Part shown: positions 6,810-6,811 of the stretch, in pieces
Numbering within the stretch: position 1 is the first letter of the stretch
Layout: each line of letters starts with the position of its first letter
From: a virus
DNA: 6,811 nucleotides
Reading direction: 5' to 3' (one strand)
IMG/VR virus record: IMGVR_UViG_2505313065_000002
Notes under the pieces: model-generated
Told to the model about the DNA's origin: nothing
What the model saw: the letters and a program-made list of their open reading frames with translations, nothing else
Database searches by the model: none
Made by a program: the position numbers and the translations under genes

Positions 6810-6811
6810 TT
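6790..6811. repeat. Terminal overlap, copy 2
   Basis: Exact 22/22 match to positions 1-22. Confidence 0.95.

Overview
The window appears to be one complete, circularly permuted filamentous-phage (Inoviridae-like) genome. The first 22 nt (1-22) are identical to the last 22 nt (6790-6811), so the unit length is 6789 bp. The long reading frame starting at 6809 on the minus strand is the gene that follows the 24-1325 gene across the junction.

Ten tightly packed genes lie on the window minus strand in the canonical inovirus order:
- rolling-circle Rep
- two small unknown ORFs
- a putative ssDNA-binding protein
- a small membrane protein
- the major coat protein, followed by a strong intrinsic terminator
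- a pIII-like adsorption protein with a very long PT/GT/GS dipeptide linker
- a pVI/Ace-like small membrane protein
- a Zot/pI-like assembly NTPase
- a small acidic ORF, followed by a terminator

Divergent from Rep on the plus strand are an XRE-family HTH repressor and a 59-aa ORF. The 59-aa ORF has a strong Shine-Dalgarno site but falls just below the ORF-track size cutoff.

The remaining ~390-nt G+C-rich non-coding segment carries two inverted dif-like (XerC/XerD-type) sequences. I could see no integrase and no secretin. This suggests a temperate, XerCD-exploiting, host-secretin-dependent phage organised like CTXphi/VGJphi.

All family assignments rest on motifs, protein architecture and gene order read by eye; no database search was possible. 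I found no clearly novel multi-gene system. The least explained parts are the two sub-70-aa accessory ORFs flanking the att region and the two small ORFs plus a 94-nt gap between Rep and the ssDNA-binding gene.
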